Shown here piece by piece: positions 53,267 to 64,000 of a stretch of 64,000 bases of DNA (within the stretch, counting starts at the first letter, position 1; each line of letters opens with the position of its first letter). The stretch spans positions 112,468,001-112,532,000 of the forward strand of contig NC_043002.1 of assembly GCF_006345805.1 (NCBI RefSeq), written 5' to 3'. The position numbers were made by a program, and so were the translations under genes. Under the pieces are notes generated by a model. That model was not told where the DNA came from, did no database searches, and saw only the letters and a program-made list of their open reading frames with translations. The DNA comes from Octopus sinensis (taxonomy: Eukaryota).

Positions 53267-55369
53267 TCTCACCGAACGGACGCGTTTTTTCTTCGCTCCG
53301 GCAAATGTCACGTTTTAACGTGAATTGTTGAACTTTTGACTCGACTACAGGTAGTCTATTACTTGCATTTAATGTTTTTTAGCATTTAATATTTTTAGCA
53401 GATAATAAACTCCACTTTGCTCCAGATGTAATTTTTCTGCCTGTTGTCGAGTGTAAAGACTCACTTTGCAGTGAGAATTGTATTTTTAAATCGGCGTAGT
53501 CCGTCTGCAAAAATTGTGTATGAAATTGTCTTTGTGTTATCCACGGGAATTACCAAGGAGTACCAAGGATTATTTTATCAAGGTGTTTTACCAACTGTGC
53601 ATTTGGCCTGGAATACAATTTTTTGGCCCAAAAAAGTGAAAACAAAAAAAAAAAAAAAAAATAATTCCTTTGTCTGGATTTGAACTCTCTTTCTCCGTCT
53701 ATCATTTATTTTTTTAAAAAAGAACTTTTTTTGAACTGCTATTTCTAATTTTATTTCTTCCCTTCTGTTGTATTTTTCATTCTCCTTTCTGTGTCTTATT
53801 TTATTTTATCACATTTTGAACTGTTTTTAAATCTTACGTTATGGCAAAGAAATTCACTGTGTGGGATTTGACACCTCCCAAAAAATATTTGAATGAGCTC
53901 GAGGAAAAGACCGTGGTGCTGAGGACATATTCGAAGTCGCTCGACACCATAGCAGTCTTTCCAAAGGCCACTATTGTTAACGAGCTGGCAGACTACATGC
54001 CAGCCGTTAAATATATCGCACGGGGAGTTAAATACGCAACGGTTTGGTTGCTATTTGACTCCCCTAAAGCAGCTTGCGAATTTGCAAGCCAGCCCATTGA
54101 GGGCAAACAAATATTGTTTCTCCCAAATTACAAGGGAGAAAAATTGTTGAGAGCTTGGATCTGCGGCTTACCACCAGGCGTTGAGCCCGAGTGGATAGAG
54201 GACTCTATCCGCGGGGCTTGGATGGTAGCAGTTCCAAGCTACTGAACGTAAAACTACAGCCTGCGGCTGATTGGGAGGGGTCAAGAGCTGTTTTGACCCT
54301 ATGGACCCAGTCAGCCAAAAGTCTGGTTTTACCGGACTTTTTGAGGATGGCCGGGTACAGGTATCCGGTGATGCTTGAGGGACGCCCCCCCCCCCAAGTG
54401 TCACCTGTGCCTGGAGCCTGGACATATCAAGAGGAAGTGTCCCGGTGGCCGTGGTGCTGCCCCGGAGCATGAAAAGGAAAAGGTGCCCGCTGCCCCTTTA
54501 TTGGAGGGGGAGACGGTGGAAGTCATGGAGGAGGTTGCCTCCACGAAAAGAAAAAGACAGGTGAGCAACAATGGTTGCTCACCAAAGAACGTACAGACGG
54601 AGGAGGAGGATAGCAACGCCCCGTGTCTGCCGAAGGAGCCCCCCGGGCTAGCAGCCTCTAAAAAAAAGAGGAAAAGAGGTCGGACGGCTGACGTTTCTGT
54701 GTCGCCGACGGAGCCGCGGGTGGGACGTGTGCCACTCGCGGACAGTGCTCCGTCAGTGGAAAGTGTGCCACTGACGGATCAGTGTGAGGTCCCTTCCTGT
54801 GAAGAGGAGTTGTTTCTCCTCCTTTACCACAAGGGAGGGAAGGTGGAAAAGTTTTTGAATGGCTTGGGTGACCGAGAACGCAAGGACACGGTCAGCTCAA
54901 GGAGTCCGTTATGGCCTCCGTGGGTAGCTGCGGAGGTAGTAACGGAAAACATTTTGTCATGGGTCACAAAGACCTTTGAGAGGAAACATTTTACTTTTCT
55001 CTTTGCAGGCCTCGACTTGTCGTCGCAGGGTTGTCTGCAGGCGGCAAGACAATTTGCTTCGGGGACCTGACAGGGAGAATTTTTGTGAATTCATATACTG
55101 CCCTTGTGGCAAAAGAAATGAAAAAAAGAACTTTGTAAGAGGTTTTAGTGCCTCCTTCGTGTAAGAGGTTTGCAACCTCATGTCGATTTATTGAAACTAA
55201 AGAAAAAAGAAATAAAAAAAAGAACAATGTCTTAGAGAAGCGGAAGTCGGCGGGCGCTTTTTGACTTCTCCCATCACCATCTTCATCCACCACCACCATC
55301 ATCCATTAATGTCTTTGTCCAGCCCGTAGCTACTCTGTGTACTGCCCTAGTGGCAAAATTGTTGAAATA
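53267..55369 (+). mobile_element. ORF1-only Tx1/L1-like non-autonomous retroelement
   Basis: 9-bp TSD aagtagctt; ~570-bp leader, single gag-like ORF, ~300-bp 3' region ending gaaata; no EN or RT. Confidence 0.85.
53841..55070 (+). CDS. Tx1-type ORF1p (RRM-like N-terminus, CX2CX4HX4C zinc knuckle), ~409 aa after correcting two compensating 1-bp frameshifts
   Basis: LPNYKGEKLLRAWICGLPP; CHLCLEPGHIKRKC; frame 3 to 2 to 3, shifts near ccgcggggc (~54212) and in the C run (~54385-54395). Confidence 0.8.
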
Positions 55370-55518
55370 AAGTAGCTTGCTTACCAACCACATGGTTCCG
55401 GGTTCAGTACCACTGCGTGGCATCTTGCGCAAGTGTCTTCTGCTATAGCCCCAGGCCGACCAATGCCTTGTGAGTGGATTTGGTAGACGGAAACTGAAAG
55501 AAGCCTGTCGTATATATG

Positions 55519-55559
<41 letters not shown>

Positions 55560-56310
55560 TTGTGTGTCTGTGTTTGTCCCCCTAGCATTGCTTGACAACC
55601 GATGCTGGTGTGTTTACGTCCCCGTCACTTAGCGGTTCGGCAAAACAGACCGATAGAATAAGTACTGGGCTCACAAAGAATAAGTCCCGGGGTCGATTTG
55701 CTCGACTAAAGGCGGTGCTCCAGCATGGCCGCAGTCAAATGACTGAAACAAGTAAAAGAGTAAAAGAGTAAAAGAGTAAAAGAGTAAAAGAGTAAAAGAG
55801 TAAAAGAGTAAAAGAGTAGGCAGGGTAAAAGTAAACAACCTGTGGTTTATGGATGACCTGAAGCTATTCGCTAAGACGGAGGCAGAAATTGAGAGTTTGA
55901 CGGCAACTGTGCAGACGATTAGCAAAGATATAAGCATGGAATTTGGGATCGAGAAATGTGGTGTAATGATCCTAAAAAGTAGGAAGAATCAATAGAAGCT
56001 ATGGGATCAAGCTGGAAAGTGATGAGAGTATAAAGGAAGTCGGAGAGGAAGGATGTAAGTACCTGAGTATCCTTGAAAGAGGTAAGATGAATGAACACAA
56101 GATGAATGAAATGTACAGGAAAGAGTATTTCAGGAGAACTCGGCGTGTGCTCCAATGGAAGCTAAATGGTCGCTATAAGATTAGAACAATTAACACGTGA
56201 GCGATTGTTTTGATGAGATATGGAGCAGGAATAGTAAATCTTATAAAAAGAAAAAAATTCAGAAATTCAAAATTTTATCGCGATGAACATCAGTATGTAT
56301 GTATATATAC

Positions 56311-56377
<67 letters not shown>

Positions 56378-56380
<3 letters not shown>

Positions 56381-56755
56381 TCTTTTACTCTTATACTCTT
56401 TTACTTGTTTCAGTCATTTTGACTGCAGCCATGCTGGAGCATCGCCTTTAGTCGAGCAAATCGACCCCGGGAATTATTCTTTGTAAGCCAGTACTTCTAT
56501 CGGTCTCTTTTGCCGAACCGCTAAGTGACGGGGACAAACACAGACACACAAGCACATACACACACATACATATATATTTATATATACATATATACGACAG
56601 GCTTCTTTCAGTTTCCGTCTACCAAATCCACTCACAAGGCATTGGTTGGCCCGGGGCTATAGCAGAAGACACTTGCCCAAGGTGCCACGCAGTGGGACTG
56701 AACCCGGAACCATGTGGTTGGTAAGCAAGCTACTTACCACACAGCCACTCCTGCG
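56378..56755 (-). mobile_element. SINE family A, full length
   Basis: Reverse complement of 23298-23700. Confidence 0.92.
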
Positions 56756-57198
56756 GCTATGGTTATGACTTTGCATGTATGTATGTATGTATGTACGTAT
56801 GTATGTATGTATGTATGTATGTATGTATGTATGTATGTATGTATGTATGTATGTATGTATGCATGTATGTATGTAAATATATATATATAAGAATACATCC
56901 GTATTTGCTAGCATGGAATTTATTCATGCTATATTTTACAAACGCTTGCTCTGCGGGATATTTCCTTCATCAGCTGTCTACGGAAGATCACAACGATTGT
57001 TTGCACACACATGTACACACTGCGCCAAACAACATATATTATACACAAATGTCTATCATAAAGATCGGTAACGAAATTATGCGTATATATGATTGTGTTC
57101 AAATATATATGAGCCAATTGGGTTACATGTCCTTGTATGCATGAGCGCACGTATATGTGTTCGCTTAAACGTGTGGCTGAATACTTATAGATGCACAG

Positions 57199-57233
<35 letters not shown>

Positions 57234-57329
57234 CACACGCCTACTCATATATAATATGTATATGAATACATAATTTTATACATACATATATATATGTGTG
57301 TGTGTGTGTGTGCGCGTGTTTATGCCTAT

Positions 57330-57990
<661 letters not shown>

Positions 57991-59501
57991 ATTGCTGTTT
58001 CTGAAGCAGGAGAAACTCGTCGAGTGAGTCATGTCAGCCGAAACAATCCAAATGGGACATATTTGTAAATCGTGCAACATTTTCGATGTCCGATAAGGTA
58101 AGGGGCCTGGAACAGTTATAATAATTCCGTGAATGACGTCTATACATGGAGCTGTAAAATCTGTCGGTGTTCGGTCAGCAGAAAGAAGTGATGCGGGGAT
58201 GGGGGAGAGATACAGGGTCTACACACAGAGACGGATGGAGGCGAACAGAGAGAAAGGGAAGACAAATAGAGAGGAAAGGAAAAGAAAAGATATTATAATG
58301 GTGATGACGATATCAGTTTTGACGACGAAAAGCAATGATGACGTTGAACAAGTCAATAACGATGATGACAGTTGTGGTAGTGGTGGTGGTGGTGGTGGTG
58401 GTTGTGGTGGTGGCGGCGGTGGTGGTGGTGGTGGTGGCGGTGGTGGTGATGTGGCGGTGGTGATGGTGGTGGTGGTGGTGGTGGTGGTGGTGGTGGTGGC
58501 GGCGGTGGTGGTGGCGTTGGTGGTGGTGGTTGTGGTGATGGTGATGATGCCGACGACAACGATGACGACGATGATGGTGATGATGATGATGACTCGATGA
58601 TAATATTGATGATGATGATGATGACGAAGACGACGACGACGATGATGACGATGATGATGATAATTTTGATGACAGTTTTGACGACGAAAGCAATGATGAC
58701 GTTGAACAAGTCGACAACGATGATGACAGTTGTGGTAGTGCTAGTGGTGGTGGTGGTGGTGGTGACGACGATGATGATGATGATAATGTTGATGATGATG
58801 GTGATGATGATGATGATGATAATTTTGATGACAGTGATGACAGTGAAGGTTCTGGACGTGAATGTAATGGTGTTGGTCGTGGATATTAATTGTAATGAGA
58901 GAATGGCGATCGTGCGCGCATGACGAGGGCGGAGATGTTGGTGGCGACGATAATTGTGGCGTTGTTTTTGGTGCACACACACATACAGGTTATGATGAAG
59001 ATGATGGCGAGAGATGGAGAGGAAGGAGAGATGGAAGAAGGAGAGAATGATGGCGATGACGAAAAGCATGACGGGGGAAAACGAGGTAGACAAAGAAAGA
59101 AAATTGAATTTAAAACAGAAAAGTTTATTTTCCATGGTAGAAAAAAATCTCACTCGGTCACCAGAATCGTGATAATGAAAGATGATTGCGTGTGTTTTAT
59201 ACGTATGTGACATGTGTGTATGAGAAAGAGCGAGTGCGCGCACCTGTATGTCTGTATGCGTGTGCATATAAATGCTGTGTGTAAGAATGTATACATTCTC
59301 ATTTTTATATATTCATTTCTAATGGCGTTTTCACACAGGAGAAAAATCCTTTTATACACCCGTCGCTCTCTTCTTCACTCTCTTTCTCTCTCTTAATATA
59401 TATTATGTGTGTGTGTGTGTGTGTGTACATACACACACACATATATACATCCATATAAATATGCATCTACATATATATACGCATCTATCTATTTATTCAC
59501 T

Positions 59502-59635
<134 letters not shown>

Positions 59636-59794
59636 TGATATGATATATTATATGTGTGTGTTTGTGCGTGCTTGTCTATGTGTGCATGTGAATGTGTATT
59701 AATGACTCTCAACGATCTATAGTTACGCTCTACCGGTCTTATCAACGAATGTGTGTGTGTACATACATAAATATATATATGTATATGTACATAT

Positions 59795-59866
<72 letters not shown>

Positions 59867-59868
59867 AC

Positions 59869-59956
59869 GCGGCTGAAGAAGGCCATAGACACACATTTAC
59901 ATCAATTATGCATTGTTATAAAATGGTCTAATAAAGGCCCGAAACATATGTATCGC
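59869..59956 (+). ncRNA. Type I hammerhead ribozyme, canonical core, extended stem II
   Basis: GCGG-CTGAAGA-AGGCC ATAGAC..GTCTA ATAAA GGCCC-GAAA-CATATG-T-A-TCGC: palindromic stem III ACATATGT, GUA triplet; unit flanked by (TA)n on both sides. Confidence 0.88.
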
Positions 59957-60061
59957 TAAATCCTTTAAATCATGTTTTTATTTTGATTAATATACTCTAT
60001 CACCTACACCACCAATGGTATATACAGGTGCTTACAACTATCAAGTATATATATATATATA

Positions 60062-60093
60062 CTAGCTGAAGGTGACCCGCTCTACGCGCGGGT
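60062..60093 (-). mobile_element. Helitron-like 3' terminus (fragment)
   Basis: Hairpin acccgc-7nt-gcgggt followed by CTAG|t on the minus strand. Confidence 0.6.
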
Positions 60094-60124
60094 AAGAGTG
60101 TGGTTGTTACTTTCTGTTGCTTCC

Positions 60125-60438
60125 TTTCAGCACGTAAAAAGCACCATCCGAACGTGGCCGATTGCAGCGCCGCTTTGACTTGCTTCTGTGCCGGTGGCAC
60201 ATAAAAAGCACCAACAGATCGTTGCCGCTGCCAGCCCCCCTGGCACCTGTTCCGGCGGCACGAAAAAGCACCCACTACACTCACAGAGTGGTTGGCGTTA
60301 GGAAGGTCATCCACCTGTCGAAACACTGCCAGATCAGACTGGAGCCTGGTGCAGCCTTCTGGCTTCCCAGACCCCTGTCACACTGTCCAACCCGTGCTAG
60401 CACGGAAAACGGACGTTAAACAATGATGATGATGATGA
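60125..60438 (+). mobile_element. SINE/LINE 3' fragment with RTE-type tail ending in (GAT)n
   Basis: ggttggcgttaggaagg.catcca.ctgt.gaaac resembles RTE 3' UTRs (recalled); internal triple cac.taaaaagcacc/cacgaaaaagcacc motif. Confidence 0.7.
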
Positions 60439-61029
60439 TTCTCCGTCTTTGTTTCTCTCTCCTTTCTCTCTCACTTTCCCACTCTCTTACTTTTCTTTTC
60501 TCTCGGACTCTCCCTCACTTTCTCTTAATCTCTATCTTTATCTATCTCTCTCCCATTTATAAACAACAGAAGATCTTGAGTAAGTTGAGAAATAAAATAT
60601 TTAGAAAGATCAATCATAAATATCAGGCAGTGGCAACGGAAATGTCTGCTTCAAGGCAGACAGCAAAACGCTAACATTTAAAAGGGACAGACGAACTTGC
60701 GAGCTGAATAAAAATAATAAAATATTGGAAACCAAAGTTTGAAGGGATAGAATTTGAGGATAGTAGAGTCACCATGGCTGGCATTTCTTAACGACGGACA
60801 GCAACGTATTGACAGTTCAACGACTGGCGTAAAAGTTTGAACTTGATGTAAAAGAAAATCCTTAAAAACCAAGTTTTGAATTGATTCTTTCTCACGACAG
60901 TAGATTCAAAACTTCTTCATCATGGACGGCAACACATTGACGATTAAAAGGCTGGCGCAAATTTTTTAGCTTGATGTAACAGAGAATTGCTAAACACCCG
61001 CTCCTTTAAATTTTAATCCCATTCCAGCC

Positions 61030-61839
61030 CCATTTAGACCCCTTTTCACATTTTGGTTGATATAACCCGATTTCATTTGGGTCTACTGGGGCCACATTTT
61101 ATAAGGTGAGGACTCAACCAAGTTTCCCAAGTTCTGGTCATAGACCATAGAACACTCAACCAAGTTTCCCGAGTTCTGGTCATAGACCATAGAACACTCA
61201 ACCAAGTTTCACGAGTTCTGGTCATTTGCAGAATAAATAGAGACGGCGGAGGTGGCAGACGTCGTTGCAATGTAAACATGATTTGTTTTAAGAGAAAGAT
61301 TGTCCAGATTGTGTGTTGATGGTTGTGGTGGCGATGATATTATCTTTATGAATGGAGATAAAGAGAAATTGAAGGGGAGTTAGTGGTAGAAAGTAAAGGT
61401 GTAAATTTTGGAGTGAATCCGACGGGATGTAGTGGGCTTTAACCCCGGCAAAAAAAATAACATCGGTTGCGTTTCTGAAAGAGGTGAAGTAGGAATATTG
61501 AAACTTTTGCGGCTGTCATTGATAGACTCGTTGTAGAATAAATAGAGACGGCGAAAAAAGAGAGAGCTCGAGAAAGAAAAGGTGATATATGAAAGAGAGG
61601 ACGGGAAAATGAAATGTTTTGCAATGTAAACATGATTTGTTTTAAGAGAAAGATTGTCATGATTGTGTGTTGGTGGTGGTGGTGGTGGTGGTGGTGGTGG
61701 CGATGATAATTATCATTAGGAAAAAGAGTGAGTGAGTGAGGAAGACATATACATAAGTTGTGGCGATGATAATTCTAGACCCCTTTTCACATTTTGATGA
61801 AGAGAACCCGATTTCATTCGGGTCTACTGGGGCCACATA

Positions 61840-61840
<1 letters not shown>
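61030..61840. repeat. Local segmental duplications and a 42-bp tandem repeat x3 (61110-61225)
   Basis: 61034-61100 ~ 61775-61838; 61227-61345 ~ 61533-61715; unit actcaaccaagtttc.c.agttctggtcatagaccatagaac. Confidence 0.85.
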
Positions 61841-61912
<72 letters not shown>

Positions 61913-63379
61913 ACGCTGTAGAAATTAAATTAGAGATAAAACCACTAATAGGGAAATGAAACAGTAAAAAACCAAAAACAAAAACATAAAAATAAAAATA
62001 TAATATAAGATATATGTATATATATGTGTGTGTGTGTGTGTGTTGACAGGTAGACAATAGAATGCGATGGCGATGTAATATTTGTTTCTGTCTATGAACG
62101 CAGATAGATACATGAGTAAAATGTATGGGAAGCTAAGAGATAGAGTGAGTGAAAATGTTCTTGGAAGAGAGGAAATAGCGGGAGAGTGATTTGAGGAAGA
62201 CTTTACATTAAATAACCAGAGTGGACTTGTCAAATGAAGAGGAGTGAGAAGGTACTGGAGGAAATAGCGTGAGTGAGGAAGATGGCCCCTAGCAACCACA
62301 CATTTTAAGATATGGATTTCTAAGGTAGCCCACGAGCATCGTCACCTCATTCTACATGTCCCTGTAAATTTTGGAGCGAATCGGACGGGATGTAGTAGCA
62401 TTGAAAGCGATCCAAGCGGTAAAAACGCATTTCAGTTTTATATATAGAGATATGTATGTATGTATGTATGCATGTATGTATGTATGTATGCAACTGTGCG
62501 TGTAAGGACATGTTTTTATATGTGTTGCTTTGCCTTCCGCTCTCAAGTCCTTAATAGAGTCAAGGGTGACAGACAGAAAGAGAGAATTGGAAGAAAGAGA
62601 AGAAATCGCCTGCGGTACGCGGCCGGTGATTTAAGCTAGCGATTCCATTCCGAAGGTTGAAATGCAAACCTAGATCTAGCGGGATTCGAAATCAGAGTGT
62701 GGAGAGCCAGAACGATAAACGCAAAGAAATCATCCCAACTGACCTCATTTTCATATGTGTGCATGCACACGCGCACGGGGAGAAACGCGGACGCGCAGAC
62801 ACACATACGTACACCCAGATACATAGACACGTCCACAACATACATAGACATCCTCACACAAGCATATATCATTGAATGTGTGGCTTGACGTGAAATAGCT
62901 GCCAAATTTGCCTCATAGCTCACCATAGAGTTGCTCAGTTAGGGGACGAAAATAGCATCTCTAACTCACGTTGAGATTGTATAGGAATCGGCAGTAGTAG
63001 GGGAGAGTGTGAAAGCCTCTTACACCTATATAATCAATGTCAACAATCTAACAAGTATCCGACATGTTTTCTGAATTCACTCAGAGAAATTGGAGTGGGT
63101 AAACCAGATCATTGAGGTAGGTTAGGATATAATAGTCACATTTTCAAACATTTGGATGCATAAACTACATTTGTACGCTAATCTTAGATAAGACTATTGG
63201 TCAAAAACTTGGATTAGTTAACGAGAATCGTATTGCAACCGCCGAGCTAAAGGCAGAAATTGTTCTTAGCTGTTTATTCTAGCGTGTTGTTCGATTTAAT
63301 GCACATGCTCTGCACGCAGCATGCAAAATGTTGAGAGAGCATGACAGAAACTCCGCGTGGAAAGGTACCTGTGACATAA

Positions 63380-63618
63380 GGTACATAAGGTGGCGAGCTG
63401 GCAGAATCGTTAGCACGCCGGGCGAAATGCTTAGCAGTATTTCGTCTGCCGCTACGTTCTGAGTTCAAATTCTTCCGAGGTCGACTTTGCCTTTCATCCA
63501 TTCGGGGTCGATTAAATAAGTACCAGTTACGCACTGGGGTCGATATAATCGACTTAATCCGTTTGTCTGTCCTTGTTTGTCCTCTCTATGTTTAGCCCCT
63601 TGTGGGTAGTAAAGAAAT
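63380..63618 (+). mobile_element. SINE family B, full length, tail type i
   Basis: 17-bp TSD aggtacctgtgacataa (63363-63379 / 63619-63635). Confidence 0.93.
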
Positions 63619-64000
63619 AGGTACCTGTGACATAATCTTCAACGGACAGGATTTACTGCCTTGTATCTAATTCCATGCGTACATATTGCAAATTGTGAAT
63701 AACGGTAGATTGAGAATATTGACTAAGGAGGTCACAATAAATATATAACAGCATCAGTGATATGAGAAACACCGGGTGGCTACTTGAGGAGTGATTCGCT
63801 GGGACTGGGTGGGATGCACTACAAACTCTATTCACGCCACACTTGTTCATCCTTTCTCTCTTTTTTCAGACTTGGAGATTTACACGGCATATGATCCAAA
63901 CATTGGTTTCTTGTGATTTTAAACCTATAAATTTGCAAAATGAAGATTTTGACTAACGATTAAATAAGATGGTTGGTGTGTAAATCGAAGTTCATCTATC

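Larger units (their letters stand above)
53234..55816 (+). mobile_element. SINE family A split by a 2.1-kb insert (pieces 53234-53266 and 55370-55816)
   Basis: 6-bp TSD taggca (53228-53233 / 55817-55822); long (TAAAAGAG)n tail. Confidence 0.92.

Noticed and set aside
56940-56980. CTGATGA-AGG-AAATAT-CCC motif on the minus strand
   Set aside because: GCAG where GAAA is required, and no stem III

Overview
AT-rich, repeat-saturated animal DNA. The SINE repertoire and microsatellite load point to an octopus genome (inference). I see no host protein-coding exon, rRNA, intact tRNA or CRISPR array. Contents: (1) three tRNA-headed SINE families, labelled here A (CORE-like), B (two alternative 3' tails) and C, including a ~27-copy tandem array of the 87-bp family-A head at 7.4-9.7 kb; (2) at least five fragments of R4/Dong-type RLE retrotransposons and four copies of a non-coding ~554-bp element (D), all embedded in (TAA)n and often chained head-to-tail; (3) Tx1/L1-like material: two RT fragments, a probable 3' UTR, and a 2.1-kb ORF1-only element inserted with a 9-bp TSD into a SINE head, which is itself inserted in an R4 RT; (4) a CR1 3' end, non-autonomous Helitron-like elements and TIR/MITE insertions; (5) at least eight type I hammerhead-ribozyme motifs (plus one degenerate copy) from several unrelated small families, most with a near-palindromic stem III, next to or between (TA)n tracts, and mostly near the centre of head-to-head fold-back palindromes. 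No Penelope-like RT/GIY-YIG ORF is in the window. Coordinates were read by eye and element ends may be off by a few bases. Family names are from recalled motifs, not database searches.
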